A stretch of 64,000 nt of DNA, from the IMG/VR virus record IMGVR_UViG_3300028908_000006, positions 26,339-90,338 of that record. One strand, 5' to 3'. The position numbers and the translations under genes are program-made. Numbering within the stretch: the first letter of the stretch is position 1; each line of letters begins with the position of its first letter. The DNA comes from a virus. The notes under the pieces are model-generated. The model ran no database searches. It was not told where the DNA came from and saw only the letters and a program-made list of their open reading frames with translations. Shown here one piece after another: positions 19,551-28,988 of this stretch.

Positions 19551-19859
19551 TTATGCTTTTCCCGGTTTGATGATTGGCTTTGATTCGATTACAAGCCCGC
19601 TGGTGATCTTGACGTATTCCTTTACAAGCTCCTTGTTTATATCTGGTTCTCTCACAATAGCTGTCACATGATCTTTGTTCACCTTGATGGTTGTATTTTG
19701 TTCTGCTCCAACTATAAAACTCTGAAATGCAATCCCAATCCTCCCATCCGGTGTTGGTTGCAAGAAGATGGACATGGGTTGTTTGAGCTTATAAATATCA
19801 CCCTCTGTCCTGCCAATAACTGTCTCCCCTGAAATAAGCCTTAGCAAAACAAACATCAA
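19551..19859 (-). CDS. Sm-like fold phage protein
   Basis: LLRLISGETVIG..KLKQPM..SGLV pattern recalled from T4-like Sm-like proteins. Confidence 0.55.
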   Translation of the reverse strand: MMFVLLRLISGETVIGRTEGDIYKLKQPMSIFLQPTPDGRIGIAFQSFIVGAEQNTTIKVNKDHVTAIVREPDINKELVKEYVKITSGLVIESKPIIKPGKA

Positions 19860-20461
19860 AACCTCCTTGTATCTAATTTGAATTGTATTGTAAAGTTACC
19901 TGAAAACAGGTTATAGATGACGTTTACAATGCTATCGGTAATGTGTTTTCTCTTGTAGTCTATCAAGAACGGGTATTCATCTGCTATCTTTCTGACGAAA
20001 TCGTCAAATGTGATGTCTGAAACGAGTTTATTGCCTGTATGCTCCAGAAGCAAGCAGGATCTGATGAATCCGAATCCAAGCCCAATGAGGGGCCCGTATC
20101 CAGGATTTCTGGCCTCTTCTTCAGACTCAAATACAATCTCTATCGTAAGCAATGACCACAAGGCGCTATTGTGTAGATGAGTGCTTTCGTGGTCTATGTA
20201 AAAATCATAGGAAGCAAAGGCGTCCCTGGCCATCATTCTCAGAATATCGAGGGTTGCCTCATCATCCCTGTAACTCATTACTTTCTTTTCATCCACTCGA
20301 ATTTCTATCATCTTGTTTTCCTCATAGTGTCGATGACTGGTTGCCACGTATATTATTTGAGAAAATTCCCTTTCATTGTTTAAATCAAGTCTTGATCCAA
20401 CATAAAGCCTGTTATTTACCTTACTTACTATTTCTGAGACTTTGTTCTGTATAGGAGTCAT
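19856..20461 (-). CDS. hypothetical protein
   Basis: GGAGGT RBS, downstream of tRNA-Thr. Confidence 0.7.
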   Translation of the reverse strand: MTPIQNKVSEIVSKVNNRLYVGSRLDLNNEREFSQIIYVATSHRHYEENKMIEIRVDEKKVMSYRDDEATLDILRMMARDAFASYDFYIDHESTHLHNSALWSLLTIEIVFESEEEARNPGYGPLIGLGFGFIRSCLLLEHTGNKLVSDITFDDFVRKIADEYPFLIDYKRKHITDSIVNVIYNLFSGNFTIQFKLDTRRF

Positions 20462-20487
20462 TTGGAAACCTCCTTTGTCCCGATCGT

Positions 20488-20564
20488 TGGAGCCGGTGGA
20501 GGGACTCGAACCCTCAACCTATGGATTACAAATCCATTGCTCTACCAAATTGAGCTACACCGGC
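20488..20564 (-). tRNA. tRNA-Thr(TGT)
   Basis: Full cloverleaf GCCGGTG...ATGGA TTTGTAA TCCAT...GTTCGAGTC...CACCGGC TCCA. Confidence 0.96.
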
Positions 20565-20617
20565 TTTTCAAACGCTGAATAACATTTTATAATCCAATCA
20601 AAAACGGAGGTGATCTT

Positions 20618-20980
20618 ATGGTGCGTGGCGAAACAATAACAGTATCAGCCATTGGATGTTCTTATTTTCCTCTCACTTCCATCGATGTCATCAAAAACTT
20701 CCTTATTAACACAGTTAAACTGCTTGGTATGACTCCTGTAGATGACACTCTCACCATAAGAACCTTTCCAACCCTTGATGGTAGAGGAGACTATGGTATC
20801 TCTGGATTTTTGATTTTAACAGAATCCCACATCTCTGTCCATACATGGCCCCAGGAAAAATTCATCAGGGTAGAGTTCTCGTCCTGTAAACCTCAGGATG
20901 AAAGTGAAAAGATCATAGAATCGTGCATAGAGGCTACATTCATCCCGGATTCCATGAAAACCATGAAATTGAGATGGTGA
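20618..20980 (+). CDS. speD: S-adenosylmethionine decarboxylase proenzyme (SpeD/SpeH type)
   Basis: GISGFLILTESHISVHTWPQ self-cleavage motif. Confidence 0.9.
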   Translation: MVRGETITVSAIGCSYFPLTSIDVIKNFLINTVKLLGMTPVDDTLTIRTFPTLDGRGDYGISGFLILTESHISVHTWPQEKFIRVEFSSCKPQDESEKIIESCIEATFIPDSMKTMKLRW

Positions 20981-21189
20981 CTCAATCGTCATTATTCAGA
21001 AACTCTCTCTGTAAGAACTTTTCATGGCGTTCAAGGGCTGTAATGAATTTCTTGTTTCTTTTGAGATGTTGTATCTTGACATGAGACCGATGTCCTAGTA
21101 AATTGAAGAGGTAACGAGGAAGCTTCTTTTTTGATCTTGGGCTCCTGTATTTAGGCATCACAAAAAATGAGTTAGCATAGGAGGATTCG

Positions 21190-21654
21190 ATGCAGCAGGA
21201 TGTTTCTATCATTGAAAGGTTCAATTTTTCTGGGAGTGACATCCCAAAGACGTTCATGGATCTTGAGAAGTGTATCGGCAAGAGCTATGAGAATGAGAGG
21301 GAACGTGCACTTGTCTCCATTGTTTTGACTGTAAGTTTTTCAGTTGCATCCAACAAGCACCCATCTTTCATCCTCATGAAGGGGCTCCTCTCAAAGGATG
21401 GCGTGACCTACACCTACAATGATATTGCCTGGCGTATCTATGATTTTTTGACGAAATGTATCTCTTATCTTCGGAAAAGAGAATATGAGCGTTATGTCGT
21501 TTCCATCATACAGGAGCTTCTTGCCCTTGATGACATGGATTTCCAGCAGCTGATTAGCGTAGCTCAGTTGCTGGGGGCAATTAAGGAAGACCTCAACATC
21601 AATGATAAGATGGATTTGAATAGGGTCTTTACTGAAAACAAGAAACCAATCTAA
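21190..21654 (+). CDS. hypothetical protein
   Basis: GGAGG RBS, 154 aa. Confidence 0.7.
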   Translation: MQQDVSIIERFNFSGSDIPKTFMDLEKCIGKSYENERERALVSIVLTVSFSVASNKHPSFILMKGLLSKDGVTYTYNDIAWRIYDFLTKCISYLRKREYERYVVSIIQELLALDDMDFQQLISVAQLLGAIKEDLNINDKMDLNRVFTENKKPI

Positions 21655-21667
21655 TCTATTCTCGTGT

Positions 21668-21741
21668 GGGCCTGTAGCTCAGCTGGTTAGAGCCACCGGC
21701 TCATAACCGGTAGGTCCCTGGTTCAAGTCCAGGCAGGCCCA
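21668..21741 (+). tRNA. tRNA with CAT anticodon, most likely Ile2 (lysidine) rather than Met
   Basis: Cloverleaf; GGGCCTG acceptor, CTCATAA loop; CCA not encoded. Confidence 0.9.
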
Positions 21742-21742
21742 C

Positions 21743-22561
21743 TCAAGTCAAAAACCTTACATTAGCATCTAAATTATCACCACGTCTGAAGAATTCGATA
21801 GCCACCGTCCCTGTCACGTTTGGTGGGTAACCGGCCTTTTCTTCATAATCACTTGCATCTGATCTTGATTTTCTGAAACCAGCTATCCTTATCAACCAGC
21901 GTGTTTTTTCAATAAGAGATGTGCCGTTGAGGTTAAGAGAAACTACCCTTTCAGGGGCGGCCATCATATCGTGGGCATGGCCGGCTATGTATATGTCAGC
22001 ATCAAAATTTTTACTCATGAGGGATAATCTGTTGAGTTTGTTGCCTTTGTATAACCCACCTCCGAAGCCGTGGCTCAGATAAAGGCTTGCTGAAAATCTG
22101 CTTTTCTTTCCAAAGAAGAGCTTTACAAGGGCCTCGTATGGATATGAGTTTTGTTTTATTCCCAGACGTTCCGCTATTATAGCTACTATATCAACCCCGA
22201 CAGTTTTCCTGTATTTGTCATCATGGTTTCCACTTAACATCAGAAGCAGCTTGTCCTTTATAGGGGAGAACTCCTCTACGATGAGATCTATGGTGGCTGT
22301 AATTATATCCCCTGCTCTGTTCTTGAGATAGCGATTCAATAACTTGCCATCATATCTGCGGTCCCCAGGGGGGATGAACTCTCCCATATCACCAAGACAG
22401 ATCCAGTAACAGGATGGTGTCTCTTTGATGAATGTCTTTACCCTCTCCCAGGATTGATGGTCGTGGGCTATACTGCCAAAGTGAGTGTCTGATACAGGCA
22501 CTATGGTTATAGGCTTGGTGGTGGTTGGCGTTTCTGGTATCCTTATCTGAAAGCAATCCAT
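21743..22561 (-). CDS. calcineurin-like metallophosphoesterase
   Basis: SDTHFG, LGDMGE, GNHD, SHG, GHAH motifs. Confidence 0.9.
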   Translation of the reverse strand: MDCFQIRIPETPTTTKPITIVPVSDTHFGSIAHDHQSWERVKTFIKETPSCYWICLGDMGEFIPPGDRRYDGKLLNRYLKNRAGDIITATIDLIVEEFSPIKDKLLLMLSGNHDDKYRKTVGVDIVAIIAERLGIKQNSYPYEALVKLFFGKKSRFSASLYLSHGFGGGLYKGNKLNRLSLMSKNFDADIYIAGHAHDMMAAPERVVSLNLNGTSLIEKTRWLIRIAGFRKSRSDASDYEEKAGYPPNVTGTVAIEFFRRGDNLDANVRFLT

Positions 22562-22573
22562 TTGTGAGGGGGA

Positions 22574-22858
22574 ATGTTAGTGAAGGAGAAGATACTTTCC
22601 TTGATACCAAAGGAAAAGCAAGGAGCTATTGTTGGTGATGAATTGTTTTTCGAATGCCCCAATCCTGAACATGATGATGAAAACTATACGAACTGTTCTA
22701 TAAACTTGAAAACAGGCCTGTATTATTGCTTTGTGTGTGGAGAGAAAGGCAACTTGAAGAAACTAAGTCGCATTTACAAATCGTCATCTAACAATATGGA
22801 GTATGATCCATTCAAGCCCGCTAAACAGGGCGTCAAACGAAGCTGGAGAATATGGTGA
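22574..22858 (+). CDS. stand-alone CHC2 (primase-type) zinc finger
   Basis: CPNPEH...YYCFVCGEKGN. Confidence 0.8.
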   Translation: MLVKEKILSLIPKEKQGAIVGDELFFECPNPEHDDENYTNCSINLKTGLYYCFVCGEKGNLKKLSRIYKSSSNNMEYDPFKPAKQGVKRSWRIW

Positions 22859-24318
22859 GTGATCCCAGAATCGAAGTAAGTGACGTAGCCCACCCATACC
22901 ACACCAGTAACGTGTCTTTGTGGCGTGAGTGCCACCTCGCTTTTAGAGGTGGTAAGGAGTTTATAGAGTATGTGATCTCACGCCATCAGCTTGAACTTGA
23001 TGATGATTTTTACATCCGTAAAAAGAGAGCCTTCTACCTGAATTTCGTGAAACGGATCGTAAATACGATGACGGACATCATTTTCGATAATATGATAGTC
23101 CGTCCAACGATTGATAAATACAAAGTTTTAAAACCTTTTTACAAGAAAGCGTCTTTCTATGGCGAATCGTATGAGACCTTCATAAGGAGAGTTTCAAAAC
23201 TCTCCTCTGTTTTTGGTTGGGTAGTGGTGGCCGTTGATTTCTTCGGGACAAAGGTACCCACTCTTGCTGATGTTGAAAATGGTGTTGCATACCCGCGTTT
23301 GAGGCTCTTCACTCCCCTTGAATTTGTTGATTGGCAGAGAAATGGTGATGGGTTCAAGTATGGGGTGGTGAAGAGAGAGGTCTATGTGAAGGAAGATCCT
23401 GACAATCCGTTTTCTGAGACAAAGAACATAGATGAATATATCCTTTATACCGATAAAGAAGTCGTTGTAATCAGAGAGGATGTAATTTCAGCACGTTACA
23501 AGCATAACCTCGGATTCGCTCCTTTGATCCTGGTAAATGATTCCACAGTTGACGAGTTTGGGTTCTCTGAACCCCTCATCAAGGATGCCTCTCGAATAGC
23601 GGCCACAATAGTAAACTGGTCGTCTGTTCTTGATGAGGTCTTTTCAAGACAGACATTGTCCCAGCTTGTCTATCCCAATGAAGGGTCAATTGAAGAGGAA
23701 GCAGCAAGGCTCCTGGATCGTAGCAACATCCAGGGCCAGATCTCAAACCTGGATGATCTGGCTAACTTCGAGAAACTAGTGTTGAAGAAGATAGGGACGG
23801 CCAAAGTATTTACATATCCGGCAAATGCCGGCCACCCTCCACAATATATCTCACCACCGGCTTCTGATATGAGGATTGGCTGGGAGATAATAATGCAGCT
23901 TGCCCAGGTGATGTTCTTCCTTGTTGGTCTTGGTAGTGTGAGAGAAGATATTTATACAGCATCTTCCAAGGCCAGAGAGTCTGCTCTTTCTTTGATGAAG
24001 TCATACCTTAAGGATAAGGCAAACAATCTTCAAACAGCAGAAGAGAATATTCTTCAAACATTCTTTGCCTATATGCCGCCAAGCATTTGCCCTGCATCTA
24101 TTGAAGTTAAGTATCCAGCCGAGATAGATCCTGGTCCTTATATTGATTTCTTTAACGCTACTGTTCAGTCTCTCATTAAACCGAACATATCAACGGAATT
24201 CAACAAGGCAATTCTTAAGAAGCTCGTAGATAAGTGCCCATACTTGACAGATGAAGAGAAGAGTGTTATAAAAGACGAAATAGATGCTTCTTCTGGCATA
24301 TTCAACATTCCAAAATAA
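22852..24318 (+). CDS. portal protein
   Basis: 488 aa; RKKRAFYLNFVKRIV, HNLGFAP; head-module position. Confidence 0.85.
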   Translation: MVSDPRIEVSDVAHPYHTSNVSLWRECHLAFRGGKEFIEYVISRHQLELDDDFYIRKKRAFYLNFVKRIVNTMTDIIFDNMIVRPTIDKYKVLKPFYKKASFYGESYETFIRRVSKLSSVFGWVVVAVDFFGTKVPTLADVENGVAYPRLRLFTPLEFVDWQRNGDGFKYGVVKREVYVKEDPDNPFSETKNIDEYILYTDKEVVVIREDVISARYKHNLGFAPLILVNDSTVDEFGFSEPLIKDASRIAATIVNWSSVLDEVFSRQTLSQLVYPNEGSIEEEAARLLDRSNIQGQISNLDDLANFEKLVLKKIGTAKVFTYPANAGHPPQYISPPASDMRIGWEIIMQLAQVMFFLVGLGSVREDIYTASSKARESALSLMKSYLKDKANNLQTAEENILQTFFAYMPPSICPASIEVKYPAEIDPGPYIDFFNATVQSLIKPNISTEFNKAILKKLVDKCPYLTDEEKSVIKDEIDASSGIFNIPK

Positions 24319-24352
24319 AGAGCCAAATAAATCCTAATAAAGGAGGTTTTGT

Positions 24353-25234
24353 ATGCCTGATAAGGACAAGGATAAAGATGTGCAGAAAGATGTCCATGAT
24401 GGACAACAGCCAAACGTGAATGACGATGATGGTCGTTCAACGACTGATGCCGTTAAGAAAGGTATTGACGACATAAAGAAACAGGCTGCATCTACCAATG
24501 ATCCTGAAGTGTTGAAGATCCTGCTGGACAAAATAACCTCTCTTGAAGAGCGTTTGTTGGAGTTACAACGACAGGAGGCTGAGAGGAAGGAACGAGAGGA
24601 GCAGGAAATACTGAAGCGTATGTCTGAGACTGAGAGGTTACGTTATGAGCTTGAGAAGAAGGAAAAGGAAATTGAGAAGGTTAAGAAGGAGCTTGAGGAG
24701 AGCCTTGGGAAGAAAGCGAGGGAGCTTGAAGAGCGTCTCAAGAAATATGAAGAGGATCGCAAAAAGCTTGCTGAAGCAGCGGCCAGGGCAAAAGCATTAG
24801 AGGCCGCTTCAAGATTTGGAGCATACAATCCTGAGCAGGTTTATCTCCTTATCAAGGACAATCTTGTGGCTGGAGAAGACGGAAGCGTATTTGTAAGAGT
24901 GCGTGATGGTGAGCAATTCAAGCAGGTTCCTGTGGATGAGTATCTTAAAGAATTTCTTGCCCGTCCAGAAAACAAGAACCTCCTCAAAACCAATGCTGCT
25001 ATTGGGGACAGGGATATAAGGCCCGAGGAAGGGGTAAAGACTTCCGCCCCATCTGCTGAAGGACTCACTCCAGAGGTCGAGAAATTCTGGCGTGGTCTGT
25101 CTGAGCGTCAAAAGGAAAACATCATGAACAAAGCTATGATTATGAAGCGGCCGTGGCAGGAACTGGCTCACCTGGAGTATATCAAATATACAAAGGCCAA
25201 ACAATACAAGGAAAAATATATGAAGCGATCTTAA
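24353..25234 (+). CDS. capsid scaffolding protein
   Basis: Acidic N-terminus, E/K coiled coil, GAYNPEQV motif. Confidence 0.8.
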   Translation: MPDKDKDKDVQKDVHDGQQPNVNDDDGRSTTDAVKKGIDDIKKQAASTNDPEVLKILLDKITSLEERLLELQRQEAERKEREEQEILKRMSETERLRYELEKKEKEIEKVKKELEESLGKKARELEERLKKYEEDRKKLAEAAARAKALEAASRFGAYNPEQVYLLIKDNLVAGEDGSVFVRVRDGEQFKQVPVDEYLKEFLARPENKNLLKTNAAIGDRDIRPEEGVKTSAPSAEGLTPEVEKFWRGLSERQKENIMNKAMIMKRPWQELAHLEYIKYTKAKQYKEKYMKRS

Positions 25235-25273
25235 CTCCTGATTCAGAAATGACGAGTCAGGAGGGAAGCTATT

Positions 25274-25519
25274 ATGGCCAGAAAGAAGTCCAAGTTTAGA
25301 GTCCAGGAAGCTATCAAGCGTCCTGGTCGTGTTAGGAGCTACATCAAGAGACTTTATGGTGACAGGGCATTTACCAAGCAGGGCACGATCAAGCAGGAGT
25401 ATCTCATGCGTGCCATTGAACGTGTCAAGAATTCCAGAATGCCTAAGGAAAAGAAGAAGTCGTTACTTTCTGCACTAAATCTGGCAAGGAATCTCAAGTC
25501 TTGGGCAAAGAAGAGATAA
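25274..25519 (+). CDS. basic DNA-binding virion protein resembling fusellovirus SSV1 VP2
   Basis: AIKRPGRV..RLYG.RAFTK.G.IK..YL..PKEKK.SLLSAL.LA matches my recollection of SSV1 VP2. Confidence 0.75.
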   Translation: MARKKSKFRVQEAIKRPGRVRSYIKRLYGDRAFTKQGTIKQEYLMRAIERVKNSRMPKEKKKSLLSALNLARNLKSWAKKR

Positions 25520-25938
25520 ACGAAATTGTCGAGCTTTCAGAGGTTATAGAAGAGGCTCAGGATGATATGGTTGACATTCCTGAGCCTCTTCATGCTGGTG
25601 AAATAACAGATCCCCATGAGATTGAAGAGAAGCTGGCTGAACTTCCGGAGGAGCTAAAAACCCATGCTGCTCAGGGGATATTGAAGAAGATTGATGAGGG
25701 GCTTGAGTGGGCTGAGAGAGGAGTGAGACAGTTCTTCAATACCTCTCCGAAGAGAGCTGTAGAGTTCCAGCAAAACTACATTTCATTCCTGGAACTTAAA
25801 GCCAAAATCCTGAAACTCATCTCTGATACCGGTAGCACGAAACAACAGGCTGTTAGTGCACAACAGAATAACATCATTGTAGATCCTGAATCGGCAAAGG
25901 AACTTGTTAACAAGCTGGTAAAGAAGCTCTATGAATAA
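25501..25938 (+). CDS. putative terminase small subunit
   Basis: Helical 145-aa ORF overlapping the TerL start. Confidence 0.5.
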   Translation: MGKEEINEIVELSEVIEEAQDDMVDIPEPLHAGEITDPHEIEEKLAELPEELKTHAAQGILKKIDEGLEWAERGVRQFFNTSPKRAVEFQQNYISFLELKAKILKLISDTGSTKQQAVSAQQNNIIVDPESAKELVNKLVKKLYE

Positions 25939-27511
25939 CATTGATGTCTCAAGTCTTTCAGACAATGAAAGGAAACTTCTCGGATATGCTTGTTCACTTG
26001 ATTTCAAGGCTTTTATAGCCGTCTGTCTGAGAGACCAACTCAACTATCCTTTTTCGCCCTTCCATGATTTCATTTGTGACCTTATAACCCATAAGCTTGG
26101 GAGCAGGATGCGATATGTGGTAGCAGCTCCCCGTGGATTTGGAAAGAGCTCCATCATAACGGAAGCTGCTGCCTTATGGCTTATCTGTCGTAGAGAATAC
26201 ATTTCTCTGTCCGATAGAGATCCAAGGAATAAAAACTACATCATAGTGATTTCAGACACCATAGATCAGGCCGTGGAGCACCTGGCAAACGTAAAAGAGT
26301 TGCTTGTGAACAATGATACGATACGGATGTTGTTTCCAAATGCTTCTGGTGAGGGGCGGGTATGGAAATCAGACATGATTGTTTCAAGATCCGGGGTTGT
26401 GGTGAGATCTCTTGGAACGACATCCAAGATAAGAGGACGGAGATTTGGGTTTGCAAGGCCGGATCTTGTCCTTGCGGATGATATAGAGAATCTTGAAATG
26501 GTGCAATCTGAATCTATGAGGAACTATCTCTATGAGTGGTTCACGCGTGACGTGTTGAAAGCAGTTGATCCGGAACGCTCAGATGTCATCGTGGTTGGAA
26601 CGATAATATCCAAGAATGCTTTACTATACAAGTTGTTTCACTCTGAAGAATTTGCAGGGTGGGATGGTAGGAAGTTCAAAGCCATTATTTCCTGGCCAAA
26701 GAGGATGGATCTGTGGGATGCCTTTGGTGAGATCATAAAAGATCGCAGAGATCCGAATAGATTCCAGAAAGCTATGGAATTTTATGAAGCGCACAAAGAG
26801 GAGATGGACGAGGGTGCTGAGATACTATGGCCTCAGAGATTTACTCTTGTTGACCACATGACAGAGTTCTATCTCGAAGGCAAAAAAACGTTCATGCTGG
26901 AAAGACAGAATGAGGTTGTGGAAGATGTAGATCGTGTCTTTGAGATTGATAAATACTACTATTATCAGGATGAGGAGCTGGAAGAAATACCAAAATCAAG
27001 ACTCCTTTTCTATATGTATGTAGATCCAGCCACGGGCAAGAAGAAAGGCAGATCACGAAAACAATCAACTGATATGTTTGCCTGTGTGGTGATAGCAAAG
27101 GACATTGGAACGAACGTGTATTATCTGATAGATTACTACGCTGATATTATATCACCCAACAGGCAATTCGCTGTAATAAAGAAATTCATAAACACATATC
27201 CGATATACAGGTTCTTCGTGGAATCAAATACAAGCCAGTTCTACTACTACGAGTCGTTGAGAGATTGGTTGTTGAGGTCCGGGATACATCGCCCGATACC
27301 GAGACCTCATGTGAACAAGGAAAACAAAGAAAGAAGGATTGAGGCTCTGGCACCGTATCTTGAGAACTGGACATTGAGACTGTCTCCAAACCACAGACAG
27401 ATGATAAGGGATCTTGAGGATTATCCGGCAGTAGAATACGATGACCTTCTTGATTGCCTTTCATCCTGTTTCTTCAATGCATACAAACAAAGGAGATTGG
27501 TTATTGCCTGA
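25931..27511 (+). CDS. terminase large subunit
   Basis: APRGFGKS Walker A, RPDLVLADDIE Walker B, YVDPA and DDLLD nuclease motifs. Confidence 0.95.
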   Translation: MNNIDVSSLSDNERKLLGYACSLDFKAFIAVCLRDQLNYPFSPFHDFICDLITHKLGSRMRYVVAAPRGFGKSSIITEAAALWLICRREYISLSDRDPRNKNYIIVISDTIDQAVEHLANVKELLVNNDTIRMLFPNASGEGRVWKSDMIVSRSGVVVRSLGTTSKIRGRRFGFARPDLVLADDIENLEMVQSESMRNYLYEWFTRDVLKAVDPERSDVIVVGTIISKNALLYKLFHSEEFAGWDGRKFKAIISWPKRMDLWDAFGEIIKDRRDPNRFQKAMEFYEAHKEEMDEGAEILWPQRFTLVDHMTEFYLEGKKTFMLERQNEVVEDVDRVFEIDKYYYYQDEELEEIPKSRLLFYMYVDPATGKKKGRSRKQSTDMFACVVIAKDIGTNVYYLIDYYADIISPNRQFAVIKKFINTYPIYRFFVESNTSQFYYYESLRDWLLRSGIHRPIPRPHVNKENKERRIEALAPYLENWTLRLSPNHRQMIRDLEDYPAVEYDDLLDCLSSCFFNAYKQRRLVIA

Positions 27512-28098
27512 TGTTTACCATAGCTGTCAAGCAAAGAAATCCCATCACAAAAGAACCAGCTCTATGGTTTTATTCACCAAGATGTTCTCTATGTTGCCGT
27601 GATTGCATAGTTCCGTTCAAGACGCAGACAGATTACACGAAACTCGATATTGTGCCTGTCACAGAGAGATACAGGAACGAAATATCAAGTCTCGTTCTCT
27701 ATCTTGGTAACATGACACAGAAGCCACATATCATTATAAAATATCTAAACGTGTTCAAATCTAGGTGGCCTGGGCTGAAACGCTACATTGCCTTCGCTGT
27801 CCCAAGCCTTGGTTATCTCTGGAAGTATTTCACCTACAATCTTGCTGATGGGCTTATATTTGATCTCCATGCCCCGGCAGTAGTGCCAAGATCAGGGAAG
27901 CCTCCCCTCATGAAAGAAACCTGCTGCAATGAAAGACAGTTTATCCAAGCTCTCATTTTGTTGAGAGCGCTTGAAACGGACCCAAAGTCACCTCCTCATG
28001 TAATACGGGTGATGTTTGATCCCAGAAGATACAAGGCTAACCATGTTAAGGAATGGATGGGCTGGCTTAAAAATACATTTCCATTGGAGATGCCGTGA
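27511..28098 (+). CDS. divergent radical-SAM (NrdG/PflA activase-like) protein
   Basis: CSLCCRDC = CxxxCxxC; ADGLIFDLHAP; TGATG coupling to TerL. Confidence 0.5.
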   Translation: MFTIAVKQRNPITKEPALWFYSPRCSLCCRDCIVPFKTQTDYTKLDIVPVTERYRNEISSLVLYLGNMTQKPHIIIKYLNVFKSRWPGLKRYIAFAVPSLGYLWKYFTYNLADGLIFDLHAPAVVPRSGKPPLMKETCCNERQFIQALILLRALETDPKSPPHVIRVMFDPRRYKANHVKEWMGWLKNTFPLEMP

Positions 28099-28352
28099 AG
28101 GATAATATCATTTCCCTTTCAGAAAAGAGGAAAGAGAAAAAGGAGTTTGAAAAGGTTGTTCTTTCTGGTATCTGGGAAGCTATCTTCCAGAACATCCTGA
28201 AAGTGATTGAAAAAGATCCAGACGCAGTCTCATTCGTTCTCATCACCTGGGACAAGAACTCAAACACGATAGACTGTCAGGCACACTCAGAGGGACCAGC
28301 TGATGTCCTGGTGATGATTGAGAAGGTGAAACACTACTTGATGGAAGACTAG
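28095..28352 (+). CDS. hypothetical protein
   Basis: Coupled 85-aa ORF. Confidence 0.7.
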   Translation: MKDNIISLSEKRKEKKEFEKVVLSGIWEAIFQNILKVIEKDPDAVSFVLITWDKNSNTIDCQAHSEGPADVLVMIEKVKHYLMED

Positions 28353-28358
28353 TTTACT

Positions 28359-28889
28359 TTAGGTTATTCCAAGTTTTTCTACAAACCAGGGAATATTTGG
28401 GATTACTTCTTCCGGATGCATCTCTTCCATTTTCTTCCTCAGGCTTAAAATAATATCTTCTCTTGCAAACCTGAACGTCTCTAAATCATCCAAAAACCTC
28501 AGAAGCCCAAGATAGCAGAAATCTGCAGGAAGGGGTGCCTTTGGGGAGATGAATCCATGCGGATAAGTCTGTTTTATTTCTTTGTTTTTGATGGTGGTGA
28601 TGTGGTAGAATAATTCGCTGCGCCATTGAACAAAATAAGGAACTCTGATAACTCGCATTCCATATTCTCTTAGAAGGCTTGATTTACTCTTATCGTTGAG
28701 AATCACTTTTGCCTTCGTGTAATGTAACGGACCATCGAACTCTACGACAGTATCAAGGTCTGGGATATAAATATCTGGAATAACTACTCTTCCAGCAACC
28801 TTTATCCTTTTGTTTCTTTCAATTTTTAATTCACATTCTCTTTTTAAGTATCTGTATAACCTTTCTTCCGTTAGAAACTTTTCTCTCAT
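28359..28889 (-). CDS. DUF559/Vsr-like PD-(D/E)XK endonuclease
   Basis: PDIYIPDLDTVVEFDGPLHY...GMRVIRVPY; start at MREKF. Confidence 0.8.
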   Translation of the reverse strand: MREKFLTEERLYRYLKRECELKIERNKRIKVAGRVVIPDIYIPDLDTVVEFDGPLHYTKAKVILNDKSKSSLLREYGMRVIRVPYFVQWRSELFYHITTIKNKEIKQTYPHGFISPKAPLPADFCYLGLLRFLDDLETFRFAREDIILSLRKKMEEMHPEEVIPNIPWFVEKLGIT

Positions 28890-28938
28890 AGCGATGTATC
28901 TACCACAGAAGCTTGTTGTAGTCAAGATTAAAAATTTT

Positions 28939-28988
28939 AGCCTAACTACTTCCTCCCAAAATAACAAGGATAGGAGGAAGTAGTTATG
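28939..28988 (+). promoter_or_regulatory. RBS-sequestering hairpin in capsid-gene leader
   Basis: Perfect 14-bp stem TAACTACTTCCTCC/GGAGGAAGTAGTTA; 22-mer repeated at 32413-32434. Confidence 0.8.
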
